Assembly (NCBI GenBank): GCA_031414775.1
Contig: JANOQI010000022.1
Span: forward strand, 1-64,000
Source of the DNA: Synechococcales cyanobacterium VAR_4_metabat_354
GTDB taxonomy: Bacteria; Cyanobacteriota; Cyanobacteriia; Cyanobacteriales; Chamaesiphonaceae
Reading direction: 5' to 3'
Length of the DNA: 64,000 bases
Shown in pieces: positions 63,111 to 64,000 of this stretch. A program made the position numbers and the translations under genes. The notes beneath the pieces were generated by a model that was given only the letters and a program-made list of their open reading frames with translations, was not told the DNA's origin and searched no databases. Every line of letters starts with the position of its first letter. Position 1 is the stretch's first letter.

Positions 63111-63986
63111 CTAGTCAAATGATTGAGTCAGCCACTGAACAGGCTCAACTCCAATGCCATTGACATATAGTCCCCAGTGTAGATGTGGTCCAGTAGAAGC
63201 TCCCGTAGTCCCGATCGCCCCGATCAGATCACCAGTTTTGACCACATCGCCTTCCTTGACATTAACCTTGCTCAAGTGCATAAAAATACTCACTACCCCT
63301 TGGCCATGGTCGATACCGATCGCATTGCCATGCACCCGAAAACCATCTTTGACCAATCCCACCATAGCTACCCGACCAGGAGCCGGAGCCGTGACCGGGG
63401 AACCCTTGGCTCCAGCATAGTCGAGACCGCGATGATAGTAATCGTTGGCAAATACCCCATTGTAGTAACGCTTCACCCCAAATGGGGTAATGGTTTCGGC
63501 TTTGCTGGGGTTGGCAAATTTGCCACTCCAATACTTCGTGGGGGTAACTAGCGCTTTGAAAGCACCAACTTTTTTCAATTCATAGGCCGTAGCTTCGACT
63601 CCCGATTTCCCTGGTGGTAGATTAATTCGCTGAATTCGGAACTTGCGATCAATAAAGGTAATGGGGACAGATTGAGTGCGGCCATCAGCCGTCACCTGGA
63701 CATTCCGCACCCCCGGTTTTTCTAAAGGAGTAGAAGGAATCAAGACCCGGTAGATATTCTCACCCAAGGAAAAGACTGGATAAATTTTCTTCCCAAATTT
63801 CACCACCGGCGGGTTTTGGGGGTTATCAACTTGAATATTCAGCGCAGCGGTATCACCGAGTCGGGTCTTGGGGTTCATAACTTCAGTCTTTCCAGCTAAT
63901 GCTGGCACTGCCAGGGCGCTGAGTATGCCAAAACTCCATCCCCAAAGGCTAATAGCCTGCCAACGTCTCGAAAAATGAGTAAACAT
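63111..63986 (-). CDS. M23-family metallopeptidase
   Basis: Signal peptide; HRGLD and TGASTGPHLH motifs. Confidence 0.92.
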   Translation of the reverse strand: MFTHFSRRWQAISLWGWSFGILSALAVPALAGKTEVMNPKTRLGDTAALNIQVDNPQNPPVVKFGKKIYPVFSLGENIYRVLIPSTPLEKPGVRNVQVTADGRTQSVPITFIDRKFRIQRINLPPGKSGVEATAYELKKVGAFKALVTPTKYWSGKFANPSKAETITPFGVKRYYNGVFANDYYHRGLDYAGAKGSPVTAPAPGRVAMVGLVKDGFRVHGNAIGIDHGQGVVSIFMHLSKVNVKEGDVVKTGDLIGAIGTTGASTGPHLHWGLYVNGIGVEPVQWLTQSFD

Positions 63987-64000
63987 GTAATGTCTCCTAG

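Overview
Cyanobacterial chromosomal segment, identified by chlI, raf1, an hli gene, sepF/pipY, cdv3 and dense CGATCG/GCGATCGC HIP-type palindromes. Most of it is housekeeping: ftsH, proC, purF, sir, coaD, recJ, purE, nagA, recG, mraY and tRNA-Cys. Five parts are accessory or unusual. (1) 1-9 kb is a zinc-starvation cluster with three Zur boxes, three COG0523 GTPases, a WD40 protein, thrS, a DUF1636-remnant/SufE fusion, folE and two metallophosphoesterases; the first appears interrupted by an IS-like end at the window edge. (2) An AT-rich three-gene cassette between purF and sir encodes a coiled-coil protein, a small unknown protein and an HNH nuclease. The last two share a short helical motif, and this is the best candidate for an undescribed, possibly anti-phage, system. 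(3) Sulfite reductase has an atypical in-frame coiled-coil tail. (4) cydAB and a stand-alone dat-ddc-SMR operon (1,3-diaminopropane synthesis, possible export) lie next to tRNA-Cys. (5) An IS200/IS605-family tnpB-only element has both ends visible. No CRISPR array or rRNA was seen. All family calls come from motif recognition by eye; no database searches were run.
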